DNA of 64,000 bases from positions 6,338-70,337 of the forward strand of contig CAZSWF010000002.1 in NCBI GenBank assembly GCA_964610995.1. Direction: 5' to 3'. Both the position numbers and the translations under genes were made by a program. Source of the stretch: an uncultured Candidatus Saccharibacteria bacterium. GTDB taxonomy: Bacteria; Patescibacteriota; Minisyncoccia; Phycocordibacterales; UBA9973. Positions 48,187 through 57,655 of this stretch are shown piece after piece. Positions within the stretch are counted from its first letter, which is position 1, and every line of letters begins with the position of its first letter. The notes under the pieces were generated by a model. The model searched no databases and was not told the DNA's origin. It saw only the letters and a list, made by a program, of their open reading frames with translations.

Positions 48187-48645
48187 CTAACTCACACTAA
48201 CCACACTGTAACTAACTTCGCCTTTGGGAGTGATGACGGCGATAGTGTCTCCTGCTACTTTGCCATAGAGAGCTTGGCCGAGCGGACTCTTGTACGAGAT
48301 CTTGCCAGAGAGCATATCGGTTTCTTCGCTGCCGACTATCGTGATAGTGCGTGTGTTTGCCTCGCCTTCCTTTTGGATCACGACAACAGAGCCGACGTTG
48401 ATGATGCCATCGGTGGCGTGCTCGATGACTTCGGCATGCTTGAGCACGTGTTCGATCATCGCAATGCGCTCTTCGAGTTTGCCTTGTTCTTCGCGAGCGA
48501 TGTGATACTCAGCGTTTTCGGACAAGTCACCCAGTGACTTGGCGTATTCGATCGCTTTGATGATTTCGGGACGCTTGACTGTCATGAGCTCGTGGAGCTC
48601 TGCTTCGAGTGCGTCTTTATTTGCTTGGGTGACGTATTCTTTCAT
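48187..48645 (-). CDS. greA: transcription elongation factor GreA
   Basis: N-terminal coiled coil (SLGDLSENAEYHIAREEQG) and C-terminal FKBP-like domain (GSEETDMLSGKISYKSPLGQALYGKVAGD). Confidence 0.85.
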   Translation of the reverse strand: MKEYVTQANKDALEAELHELMTVKRPEIIKAIEYAKSLGDLSENAEYHIAREEQGKLEERIAMIEHVLKHAEVIEHATDGIINVGSVVVIQKEGEANTRTITIVGSEETDMLSGKISYKSPLGQALYGKVAGDTIAVITPKGEVSYSVVSVS

Positions 48646-48697
48646 GAAGTGATTACTATATCGCAAATGTGCTATTGGGTCAAAACCCAATAGTTTA

Positions 48698-50371
48698 CTA
48701 TTGGTCTAATAATTGAGGGGTAGACTCAAACAATGCCACCACTGACTTGAACGCATGGGACGCTCCAGCAGAGACCTTGGGACCGTTCTCCATGAGCACC
48801 GTGAATGCATAACGCGGGTTGTCATACGGGAAAAAGCCGATCACCCATGAGTTGACTCGGGTGTTGTTTTTGATCTGGGCAGTACCAGTCTTTGCGGCGA
48901 CACGCACGCTCGGGTTGTTGAGTGACTGCGTGGTACCATCGGTAACGACTTGACGCATACCCTCGATCACGGGAGTGTACTCATTGTATGTAAATGGAAG
49001 TGTACTCGTACCGATTGCGCGCTCTGTGGGAATGATCGTTGGGGTCACGAGTGTACCGCGCGCCGCAATTCCTGCAACTGCGCGTAGCATTTGTATTGGA
49101 GTGACCTGGAAGCCATACTGCCCGATCGATGTGTTGTACGTATCCCCGATACGCCATGGATCTCCAGGAAACCGTTTCTCTTTCCATGCAATACTCGGAA
49201 TCGTACCGTCTATTTCACCCGAAGCATTGATTCCTGTCTTTGATCCGATTCCAAAGAGCTTCATATACTTTTCTATGTTGGCAATACCGATACCGCGCTG
49301 GTCCCCAAACCCTCCTCCAATTTGATAAAAATATACGTTTGAAGAAAATTGTAATGCTTTGCGCATGTCGACTGCACCATGGTCTGCATTGTCTTTGAAA
49401 ATAGTGAAGTTGGTCGGGTTGTATGGGTTGGGCACCTTGAGCTCTCCGGTCGTATAGATTACTTTTTCTGGAGTGATCACACCTTCGTGCAGCGCTGCGA
49501 GTGCGAGAAATGGTTTGACTATAGATCCAGGCGTATACACACCCTCGGTCATACGGTTGAGAAATGGTCGTGTCGAGCTTTGGATGTAGCCGTTGATCGT
49601 GGCACGATCAGAACCATCGGCGATGATTTGTTGGTTGTACTCAGGGTATGTAGTAAATGCGAGGAGCTCTCCGGTCGCAATATCCATGACTGCACCAGCA
49701 CCTCCAATATAGCCTGATTGCTCTGCAAGATCACGTATACCTCGAGCCAACGTTTCTTGGACACGAGTATCAATCGTAAGTGTGAGATTTGCACCTTGAG
49801 TAGGGGTATCGATAGTATTTTCTGAAGTGATAGCTCCAGTAACATCAGTTTCAATCAGTGTTGTACCATTTATACCAGCTAGTAGAGTATCGAACTGTTG
49901 TTCTATACCATCCTTGCCCACTGTTTGTGCTTGCCAGTATTTACCTGACCTATCTTTGGTTGGATACGAGACGTAGCCGAGTATGTTGGCAAAGCCGGGG
50001 GTCGATATATATGAACGCAGCGTTGGACCATTCTCAGATGGCAAACTGTTCCAGGCGAGCTCATTACCATTGCGATCATAGATCACTCCTCGATCCGCAA
50101 TAATCGGCGTATGATCGAGACTGTTTTGTTCACTTTTAAGCGCGTAATATTTTTCTTGTATGATCTGCAAATATCCTAGTCGTCCTACAAAAAGAATTGC
50201 GATCGAAACCATAACCACAAAGAGCGTGCGCAGCGTACCGCGTGCTATTGGTTTTTCGAGTCGCCCTTCAAACTGCTGTCGATCAAATGCCGGCAAATTG
50301 CGGACGTCGAGCAAGATGTCGTCAGGGTTGAGCTCAATGATTTTTCGTTTGTTATTTCTTGATCGCAGCAT
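48698..50371 (-). CDS. mrdA: class B penicillin-binding protein 2 (elongation transpeptidase)
   Basis: GSIVKPF (SxxK), SSNVYF (SxN) and AAKTGTAQ (KTG). It lies immediately downstream of mreD. The start is trimmed to MLRSRNNK. Confidence 0.8.
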   Translation of the reverse strand: MLRSRNNKRKIIELNPDDILLDVRNLPAFDRQQFEGRLEKPIARGTLRTLFVVMVSIAILFVGRLGYLQIIQEKYYALKSEQNSLDHTPIIADRGVIYDRNGNELAWNSLPSENGPTLRSYISTPGFANILGYVSYPTKDRSGKYWQAQTVGKDGIEQQFDTLLAGINGTTLIETDVTGAITSENTIDTPTQGANLTLTIDTRVQETLARGIRDLAEQSGYIGGAGAVMDIATGELLAFTTYPEYNQQIIADGSDRATINGYIQSSTRPFLNRMTEGVYTPGSIVKPFLALAALHEGVITPEKVIYTTGELKVPNPYNPTNFTIFKDNADHGAVDMRKALQFSSNVYFYQIGGGFGDQRGIGIANIEKYMKLFGIGSKTGINASGEIDGTIPSIAWKEKRFPGDPWRIGDTYNTSIGQYGFQVTPIQMLRAVAGIAARGTLVTPTIIPTERAIGTSTLPFTYNEYTPVIEGMRQVVTDGTTQSLNNPSVRVAAKTGTAQIKNNTRVNSWVIGFFPYDNPRYAFTVLMENGPKVSAGASHAFKSVVALFESTPQLLDQ

Positions 50372-50645
50372 AGAGATGATGAGCCGACTCACCCAAACGG
50401 GTCTCGTGTACGACCACGTACCAAGTCGCAAGCATACCGCCAACTATACCTGTCATGATGAAATGCCCAAGCGCAAAATCTGTACTCGGAGCGTATACCA
50501 CATCAGCTACGATTGCGGGTAGCAAGAACAAAAGTCGATATGGAAACACTAGTATCGCGAGTATAAAAAGCGCAATTTGTACCCATACTGGCAACCACAG
50601 TACGGCGACCAATAACCCTCCTATCGACACAATAGTCCGTATCAT
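50352..50645 (-). CDS. mreD: rod shape-determining protein MreD-like
   Basis: 97 aa with 3 TM segments, sitting directly upstream of PBP2 where MreD is expected. Confidence 0.5.
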   Translation of the reverse strand: MIRTIVSIGGLLVAVLWLPVWVQIALFILAILVFPYRLLFLLPAIVADVVYAPSTDFALGHFIMTGIVGGMLATWYVVVHETRLGESAHHLYAAIKK

Positions 50646-50667
50646 ACCTGGGATTGTACCATAGGCA

Positions 50668-51159
50668 CTACCTGGAAAATCGTGAAAAAATAAATCGCAC
50701 TATAAACAGTGTACATAGAATGATTACTACATAGTAGAGTGCTCTATGAGAGAAAAATCCTTCTCCTGCCCACGCATACCCATATCTGAGGTATTCGATT
50801 GTCTGCTCATTGGACTCCTCGGCTGATACGTCAGCCTCCTCTGTTGTAGAAGATGATACATCAGGCGCCATAATTGTGGTGATATCTTTGATCGTAGTCT
50901 CAGCAATAACGTCTTTGTGCTTTTCTTTGAGTTCAGTGAAGTACGCAAGCTGTCGCATACGGAAGCTCTCGAGATATGTGATCACCTTATTCATCAGAGT
51001 TTTGACTTGCACTACTGCGTCATTTTGCTCGGGCGTAGTAGTCTCTGCACTAGTTTCTACTTTTGTCTCTACAGCAGCCTTGGTAGTCGTCGTTGGTGCG
51101 GCATGCACACCGATCACGAGCACACTCCAGAGCACTAGTACTGCACAGAGGTTCTTCAT
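50668..51159 (-). CDS. hypothetical secreted protein with C-terminal TM anchor
   Basis: Signal peptide, a Thr-rich low-complexity region, and a C-terminal hydrophobic helix. Confidence 0.4.
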   Translation of the reverse strand: MKNLCAVLVLWSVLVIGVHAAPTTTTKAAVETKVETSAETTTPEQNDAVVQVKTLMNKVITYLESFRMRQLAYFTELKEKHKDVIAETTIKDITTIMAPDVSSSTTEEADVSAEESNEQTIEYLRYGYAWAGEGFFSHRALYYVVIILCTLFIVRFIFSRFSR

Positions 51160-51162
51160 ATA

Positions 51163-51879
51163 TTAGCGAAGTGAGAAGGTTGCCTTGACTGTGACCGTGA
51201 TCTGTTTTTCGATCTGAGACGTGTCGTAGCTACCATAGTCAGAGACATCGGTAGAGTTGCGAGACTGTACTTGGACTACGCCACTGGTTGCACTCTTGAG
51301 TGAGCCGACTTTGCTACCAGAGTTTTTTGCAAGCTCGGTTGCGCGCGCCTTCGCATCGTCGATAGCACTCGAGAGTAGCTGGATACGAGCCTCAGGAAGC
51401 TTGGAGTAGTAGTATTCAAGCGAAAGACTTGAAAAGATAACACCCTGATTAATGATACCCGAGAGATTATTTGAAGCTTTGGTGAGTTTTGCTACATCAG
51501 TAGACTGGACGGTAAATGTCTGGGAAAGTGTGTAGCGTTTTGGTGCACCAGAGTCCTGACTATAGACTTCAAACATGGACACTGGGGTCGCAGAAAGTTC
51601 GGTATCAATAATACCTTGTGCGGTAAAAAATGCTCGAGCCTTGGTCGCATCTTGGGCGATCTGGGCGTATCCACTCTTGAGATCGCTCTCATATACAGTG
51701 CGGGTGACTTGTGTTGTCCACTTCCCCTGATCTGAGGTTACTTCCATCTTTGCTGAGCCAGTTACTGAAACAACATCAGATCGCAAGCGAGATATCGTAC
51801 CCATAGAAATGAGTACTGCGACGAGGAAGCTGCCGCCAAGAATCATACCGAGCTGTACAAGTGGGTGTAGGTTTTTCAT
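51163..51879 (-). CDS. SIMPL (DUF541) domain protein
   Basis: N-terminal TM segment. The Ala-rich repeated helices and C-terminal pattern (SAIDDAKARATELAKNSGSKVGSL) match the SIMPL family. Confidence 0.6.
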   Translation of the reverse strand: MKNLHPLVQLGMILGGSFLVAVLISMGTISRLRSDVVSVTGSAKMEVTSDQGKWTTQVTRTVYESDLKSGYAQIAQDATKARAFFTAQGIIDTELSATPVSMFEVYSQDSGAPKRYTLSQTFTVQSTDVAKLTKASNNLSGIINQGVIFSSLSLEYYYSKLPEARIQLLSSAIDDAKARATELAKNSGSKVGSLKSATSGVVQVQSRNSTDVSDYGSYDTSQIEKQITVTVKATFSLR

Positions 51880-51892
51880 ATATACCAGTATA

Positions 51893-52186
51893 CTACACTT
51901 TTGCTATTACTTCTTGTGCAAGCAATGCACGCTTTGCACGAGGACCGCCGCGGTTGTACTCTCCGACGCTTCCATCAGAACGAACCACGCGGTGACACGG
52001 CACAGTTGGATCGTAGTTACCTTTCATCACTGTCCCCACAGCACGAGCAGCGTTAGCATTCCCAGCTTTCTTTGCAACTTCTGCATAGGTCATCGTCTTG
52101 CCTTTTGGGATCTGACGCACAACATCACGCACCTTATCTGCAAATGATTTCACGTGCGCATTATTTGACGATCGGGTGTGGGACAT
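51893..52186 (-). CDS. MGMT-family protein (O6-alkylguanine-DNA alkyltransferase DNA-binding domain)
   Basis: TYAEVAKKAGNANAARAVGTVMKGN...PCHRVV contains the PCHRV active-site motif. Confidence 0.8.
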   Translation of the reverse strand: MSHTRSSNNAHVKSFADKVRDVVRQIPKGKTMTYAEVAKKAGNANAARAVGTVMKGNYDPTVPCHRVVRSDGSVGEYNRGGPRAKRALLAQEVIAKV

Positions 52187-52460
52187 TGAGCACTTCTTTG
52201 AAAAATGTCACGATCACAGTATTTTCACCTTCGGTGATGAAGTCGGTGTTGAAGGTACAGTTATAAGCGACAGTTTGGCGATACCCAAATGCAACTTTGG
52301 TAAAACTCAGGTCATCGATCGAAAGGTTGCAGCCTTCTTGGAGTGTGGACTGACTTTCGTACACTTTGTTGTAGATCAGCTGACGAGCATCTGCAGGCTC
52401 AAACCATGGACACCATGCAACAATAATAAGTCCTACAACTATAAGTGCGAAAAATGCTTT
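52161..52460 (-). CDS. hypothetical small membrane-anchored protein
   Basis: Probable start MKAFFALIVVGLIIV. About 100 aa. Confidence 0.35.
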   Translation of the reverse strand, partial: KAFFALIVVGLIIVAWCPWFEPADARQLIYNKVYESQSTLQEGCNLSIDDLSFTKVAFGYRQTVAYNCTFNTDFITEGENTVIVTFFKEVLNVPHPIVK

Positions 52461-52641
52461 CATATAAGTACTAGTATAGCGCACTAGTAGAAATGGCACC
52501 AAGTTTCGTGTGGACTCCAGTATGGTTTTTGTAAACCAGATAGCTAAGGAATTGGAGTATCTGGCTTGGGTACTAAAAGGAGATTATGAGAAAAGTGTCT
52601 AAATTACTGTCGGTACTGTCTTTAGTGTCTAGATATTAAAA

Positions 52642-52665
52642 AGCCCCTTCAAGAATGAGGGGGCT
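52642..52665 (-). terminator. rho-independent terminator
   Basis: AGCCCCTT-caagaatg-AGGGGGCT. On the minus strand it is followed by TTTTTAATAT, downstream of the 52689-54539 gene. Confidence 0.65.
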
Positions 52666-52688
52666 GTATAAAGAACTTCTTCTAATTA

Positions 52689-54539
52689 CTATTTACCAAA
52701 GTTGGTAATTCGACGTCCTAAGTTGTTTACTGGATTTTCAAGTATGGCAGGCTTTGCCCATACACCAGAAATCAATCCTGTATTTGCGGTCTTGGACTTC
52801 GTGATTCTTTGTTTTAGGAAAAATGGTTCAACCTCTACGTTGTAAAAACTAGCGGCCGCACTATCCATTTCGGAAAGCTTCCTATAAGCAAGAAGAACAT
52901 GTTTAGTGCTCCCGATGGAAATAGCTGACCGAAGCATTGCTGCTAATATCGCAAGAGATTTTATATTGCCCTGATCTAACCATTCACATAAAGATTTGTA
53001 TTCCCCATAGTGAAGCAGTTTTGCGGCCTTTCTCTCTTCTGCGATTCTTAATTTTTCAACCTCAGTTGTCGCTGTTTTAAAAGTTCCAAGTAGGTTAAGT
53101 TTTTTCTGTAAGAGACTAAGCCGATTCAAATCCTTTTCCTCTGTAGGTACAAATTCTGAATAGAACTCGAGTGATCTTACTGTCAATTCACATTCCTTTG
53201 TCTGTAGGGCTACTAAATCCTTTTGAATCTTTTCAACTGCCCGAAGAATGGTGTCGTGATACTCTAGAAAAAGTATCCTTTCTAGCACAACCTTAACAGC
53301 GTATTCATTTTTAGTTTTCATCGCACGACAAAGGAGACTGGAAAGGACGTTAGCAGATGTTGTTTTTGCAACACTGTGTTTAATCATTGCTTCTATCTCA
53401 GTATCGGAAGAAAAAGATCCTTGCTTGAATAAGCCATAAAGTACATCACGGTCGAAGGGTTTAATCGTATATGCCTCTTTACAGGACTTGATAAGGGCAG
53501 GATGCCGATAATCTATCGTAAGCGCCTTTCTACAATCCTCAAGCCTTTTTGCCAACCAGATCGGTCTGTCTTTAAACAGCATAATTTCAAGATTTGGAGG
53601 AACTTCAAAACCACTAATCGCGGCCATTCTATTGAATAGGACTTTTGAATTAACCTTTTGTACTAACCACCACAAAATGAGAGATTCTGTCTGAGAATTA
53701 TTTTTCCCTTGGCAATACAAGCACATTGGTACAAAAGTTGTTAAAGAGCCTCTCTCTACTAACCTCTGTACATCATTGGCTATAATTTTTTTATACCGCT
53801 TCTCGAATGTCTCAGCTGTATCAACAGCCCAGGCAACATCTTCCCGAACAAACGGTATTTGAAATATATCCTTTTGACCCTCATTTTCTAAAGAAGAAAA
53901 ACAGGTTGAAAATATAATTTCAGCTATTTCTCTTTCTCCTAGGTACAAGTAGTACCAGTAAAATGAGAGTAAAAGGTTTCTGCACCCGTATTCAAGGAGT
54001 TTTGATGTAAGGGCAACAAGACAATCGGTTCTCTTTTCATCTTTGGTTCTTAAACAAAAACGATACATTGCATCCCATGCTACCCACTGCCAGCTACTTT
54101 TGCGAGCTTTAACCGCAATTACTTTTTCAACAAATTGCAGTTGCTGGTCATTAATGGGCCACATTCTTTTATGAGCAAGAAGGAATACAATTGTTGATTC
54201 CACACCTTTGTCTAATACATATAGAGTGATCATATCTTCATAGGTGGAAAAGAAATAGGGTTCATTTTCAATTTTATTGAAGAAATCACTTTCTTTATAA
54301 GCATGAATTTCTTTAGCCCTTTTTGTATTTATCTTGCATCCTGTTAAATCTTCAATGAGGGATAAGCGCTCAGCCCCCATTAAATCACGGTGATAACACA
54401 AAACTATAAATGCTTCCGTGTTTTTACCTTCTTCGATAAGCGATTTTGCTTTGGAAATAATTCCTTGTTCATCCGATGTACCGATTTCTAAATCGGACAT
54501 CCTGTTGGATTGATTGGCGAAACGTGTCTTTTTCTCCAT
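52689..54539 (-). CDS. large hypothetical protein (616 aa), AT-rich island gene
   Basis: Long uninterrupted ORF of low GC, predicted helical, with no recognisable catalytic motif. It is the last gene of a three-gene minus-strand operon. Confidence 0.5.
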   Translation of the reverse strand: MEKKTRFANQSNRMSDLEIGTSDEQGIISKAKSLIEEGKNTEAFIVLCYHRDLMGAERLSLIEDLTGCKINTKRAKEIHAYKESDFFNKIENEPYFFSTYEDMITLYVLDKGVESTIVFLLAHKRMWPINDQQLQFVEKVIAVKARKSSWQWVAWDAMYRFCLRTKDEKRTDCLVALTSKLLEYGCRNLLLSFYWYYLYLGEREIAEIIFSTCFSSLENEGQKDIFQIPFVREDVAWAVDTAETFEKRYKKIIANDVQRLVERGSLTTFVPMCLYCQGKNNSQTESLILWWLVQKVNSKVLFNRMAAISGFEVPPNLEIMLFKDRPIWLAKRLEDCRKALTIDYRHPALIKSCKEAYTIKPFDRDVLYGLFKQGSFSSDTEIEAMIKHSVAKTTSANVLSSLLCRAMKTKNEYAVKVVLERILFLEYHDTILRAVEKIQKDLVALQTKECELTVRSLEFYSEFVPTEEKDLNRLSLLQKKLNLLGTFKTATTEVEKLRIAEERKAAKLLHYGEYKSLCEWLDQGNIKSLAILAAMLRSAISIGSTKHVLLAYRKLSEMDSAAASFYNVEVEPFFLKQRITKSKTANTGLISGVWAKPAILENPVNNLGRRITNFGK

Positions 54540-54617
54540 GTTTTTATTTTTTTGTAAGTGAACAATTTTATATCGACTTTATACTACATTGCATATTTAA
54601 TATGTCAATGTCATCAG

Positions 54618-55088
54618 TTACTGAACTTTGCTTCTAAACACTTCCAGGAGAAAAGGTATTTTATCTTTTAGAATGTTTATATTATTACCTATGTCGTTTA
54701 CCTTATCACTCATACCTGAAAGAATTGTAGTAGTTTCTTTTTGTTTTACTTCCAAGACTTCAATTTTATCCCCATGAGAATAGACTAAATAGCCCATCCA
54801 AACTAAAGCTGCGATTGCCGCCACAATAAGGCTAACAAAAATATTACTTAACAGATTTTCAAAACCAAATGCATCTCTTAGTCTCAAACGAAAAGGTTTC
54901 TTTGTCTTTCTACTTTTTTGAGGCTTTTTTTCCTCCTCAAAATTTGAAGAATCAGTTGTATCAACAGTATTAAATTTCTTTTCAGTTGTTTCTAAACCTG
55001 AAGATTTTAATAAAAAACGCTTATATGCATTTTTCTCATAAGGAGTTTTTCCTACATGTTCAGATCTAATGTATCTACTATTTTTCAT
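54618..55088 (-). CDS. hypothetical single-pass membrane protein
   Basis: 156 aa with a basic N-terminus (KPQKSRKTKKPFRLRLR), one TM segment (IFVSLIVAAIAALVWMGYLVY) and a coiled C-terminus. Confidence 0.45.
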   Translation of the reverse strand: MKNSRYIRSEHVGKTPYEKNAYKRFLLKSSGLETTEKKFNTVDTTDSSNFEEEKKPQKSRKTKKPFRLRLRDAFGFENLLSNIFVSLIVAAIAALVWMGYLVYSHGDKIEVLEVKQKETTTILSGMSDKVNDIGNNINILKDKIPFLLEVFRSKVQ

Positions 55089-55776
55089 TTTCGTTAAAAA
55101 TCCAAGGATAATACTTATTATCTAAGTATGAAATAGCATCTTTTATAAAAGCTTCTGTATCGCAGTCTCTTAGATCGTAGAAACTTGGATCATAGTAATA
55201 TTGGAAATCCAAATTTGCTTCAAACTTACCATCTTTTATTTCAGTAAAATTATAAATATAATTTTTGAAATCGTTTACATTTTTTCTATAAAGAGATTCT
55301 TTACTCTCTTCTTTTGATGAGAATGTTAAGTTTATGTTCTGAGCTTTATTTATTTTTGAGTTTGTAATTAATGGTATAACTGCTTTGAGTTTTTCTATAT
55401 TTGAAACTTCATGTCCAAAAATAACACCTATTCTGCTAATATTAACTAGCTCAAATTTTCTAAAAATGTGCTCTTTTAAATAAGGCAATACCTTATCGTT
55501 TAGGAATTTTATTTTTGTATCAAAATTACCTTCGACTTTCAATTTTATAATTAAATCATCTGTATTGATTCTAATATATTCATCTGTTTCAGTATTATAT
55601 AAGATTCTTTCTCGAAGATTGGTATCTCGAACCTCTGGGAACATTTCTGCTCCAAATGGCGACTCTTCGTCGTACAAAATATGGTCTATAATCCTTCCAG
55701 CCTCGTCTCTCAAACGAAAAGATCTCGAATGTCGTATACCTAGAATAACTGAAGTTATGTCCTTTTTTAGATTCAT
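55078..55776 (-). CDS. hypothetical protein (232 aa)
   Basis: AT-rich ORF whose stop overlaps the next gene's start by about 10 bp, with no motif I can assign. Confidence 0.45.
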   Translation of the reverse strand: MNLKKDITSVILGIRHSRSFRLRDEAGRIIDHILYDEESPFGAEMFPEVRDTNLRERILYNTETDEYIRINTDDLIIKLKVEGNFDTKIKFLNDKVLPYLKEHIFRKFELVNISRIGVIFGHEVSNIEKLKAVIPLITNSKINKAQNINLTFSSKEESKESLYRKNVNDFKNYIYNFTEIKDGKFEANLDFQYYYDPSFYDLRDCDTEAFIKDAISYLDNKYYPWIFNENEK

Positions 55777-56046
55777 AGTTAGAGCTTAATATATCATTAG
55801 TATCAAAAATGTCCATGGGGAAGCTTAAGTTGCAATGGTTCCAATTCCCCGAAGGCATTACGTTCGATGGAAAGGATTATGGAACCGTACAAACAGCAGG
55901 TGTTTTCAAGACAAAAGAGGCATTTCTGCCCCTTCAGTCTTCTACGGTGGACTTGGGAGTTCAATTTTGGAACAGATTTGCTGTGGAGTGTCAATATCTT
56001 GTCCATATTATGCGTGAATACAATGCTGACTTGAAAAGATAAAAAA

Positions 56047-56520
56047 CTACCTCCACTGCGTATCACTATTCTTTATGTCTCTCAAGGTCTTCCAGCTCAT
56101 CTCTTCAACACCGCCCGCACGGTCCACGAAAAAAATATAGAGGTTCAATTTATCCATCACATCAAATGGCATTTTTCTCAAGACCATCTTCTTAAATGAA
56201 ATTGGAAAAGCTACACCGTATTTATAGCCGTATTTGTACCCACGCTTGCCGTTGCGGTGCATTCTTGTAATGATTTGTCCTACGGCTGAATTGAAACAGC
56301 TACTCATACTACCAGCGGGACTTTTTACGATAATTGATGGGTCGCCCTTTGCCTCAATCAACCAATAGCGAGAAAAGTTATCGTTTCTGACTTTGATGTC
56401 TACACCCTGTTCCCAGAGTTCGGCATTTCGCAGTGAAGTACTCCATCCTTTTCTCTTCAAATACGCAACCACGTTTTTTTGCACAAAGCTCTCTGTAATT
56501 ATTTCTCGTGTAGCCTTCAT
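56047..56520 (-). CDS. putative PD-(D/E)xK nuclease-fold protein
   Basis: GVDIKV...YWLIEAKG has the spacing of a D...ExK restriction-endonuclease-like core. It is 17 bp downstream of the RT gene on the same strand. Confidence 0.4.
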   Translation of the reverse strand: MKATREIITESFVQKNVVAYLKRKGWSTSLRNAELWEQGVDIKVRNDNFSRYWLIEAKGDPSIIVKSPAGSMSSCFNSAVGQIITRMHRNGKRGYKYGYKYGVAFPISFKKMVLRKMPFDVMDKLNLYIFFVDRAGGVEEMSWKTLRDIKNSDTQWR

Positions 56521-56536
56521 ACTCTCTTTTATAGCA

Positions 56537-57655
56537 TTAGGACATACTCTTCACCAGCTCTTTGACTTCGCTTGTGATTTTCTTGGCATTGCCATGACTT
56601 AATAATCCAAGATAGGACTGCACGGTCTCCTCTTTTGCACCCATCTCCGCGATACGCTTGTACATGCGACGCTTGGTCACGGTCCGCACCGCACGATGGT
56701 CTGGAAAGTGGACCCATCCAAGGAAATCAACGCCCGAGGCGAGCGTCTTTATGAAAACTTTATCTGGATGTAATAAAAGTTTTAACTTTTCTTTAAGAAA
56801 AATTGATATTTTCGGGAGAATACCCTCAAGTACCGCTTTGTCATCGGACAGGAATACGAAATCATCGGCATAGCGGATGTAGTGCTTCGCTTTGAGCGTA
56901 TGCTTCACGAACTGGTCAAACTCGTTCATATAGATATTGACCAAGAGTTGTGAGGTAAGGTTGCCAAGCGGCAGTCCTCTCCCTTTTTGAGTTGAATGAA
57001 AACTGCCAACAATTTCAGCCAAGAGTTCTACGATGTCCTTGTCTGCGATAGAACTTTTAATGATGTTCAACAGGATGTCGTGGTCCACCGATGCAAAGAA
57101 CTTCCGTATGTCGCATTTCAAAACCCAGACAGTGCGTGTGTCATTCTTTGAGACCTTGTAGGACAGAGTACGAAACCGCTGCATTGCCTTGTGGGTGCCT
57201 TTGTTTTGTCTGCAAGAAAATGAGTCAGCAATAAATGTGTGGTCAAAAAATGGATAGAGCTGACGATACAGTGCGTGGTGCAACAATCGGTCCGCAACGG
57301 ACGCCTTGTGAATGTTTCGCGGTTTCGGGTCAGAAATGTTGAACGCTTCGTACGATGAGTGTCGGTATGTTTTCGCTACAAGCGTGCGGTGCAGAGCGAT
57401 GACGTTGCCCATCAGATTTCTTTCAAATAGCAAAACATCTTTTCTTGATTTTTTACCCGACACAAACTCTTGCCACGCAAGGAGGAGGTTTTCGAGAGAA
57501 ATGATATGCTCGTAGCTATGAATAAACCGAGTCCGAGCAATACAATGACCATCACCCCCCCCCGACAATTTTGCCCGTGCTTCAAAAGCTGAAAACTGTC
57601 TATATTCATTGGTATGGATATTATCACGAACTCCCCAAGACACACCGCCACTCAC
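56537..57655 (-). CDS. diversity-generating retroelement reverse transcriptase
   Basis: RT motifs include IRYADDFVFL (YADD box). LPLGNLTSQLLVNIYMNEFD is the DGR-type [ILV]GxxxSQ motif, replacing the QGxxxSP of group II introns. A 9-nt G-run lies in the 5' region, and the start is uncertain. Confidence 0.85.
   Translation of the reverse strand: MSGGVSWGVRDNIHTNEYRQFSAFEARAKLSGGGDGHCIARTRFIHSYEHIISLENLLLAWQEFVSGKKSRKDVLLFERNLMGNVIALHRTLVAKTYRHSSYEAFNISDPKPRNIHKASVADRLLHHALYRQLYPFFDHTFIADSFSCRQNKGTHKAMQRFRTLSYKVSKNDTRTVWVLKCDIRKFFASVDHDILLNIIKSSIADKDIVELLAEIVGSFHSTQKGRGLPLGNLTSQLLVNIYMNEFDQFVKHTLKAKHYIRYADDFVFLSDDKAVLEGILPKISIFLKEKLKLLLHPDKVFIKTLASGVDFLGWVHFPDHRAVRTVTKRRMYKRIAEMGAKEETVQSYLGLLSHGNAKKITSEVKELVKSMS

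Noticed and set aside
55809-56042. 77-aa plus-strand ORF between the three-gene operon and the PD-(D/E)xK gene
   Set aside because: Isolated and opposite in orientation to every neighbouring gene, with no motif and no similarity to the TR. It is possibly a real small gene, but there is insufficient support.
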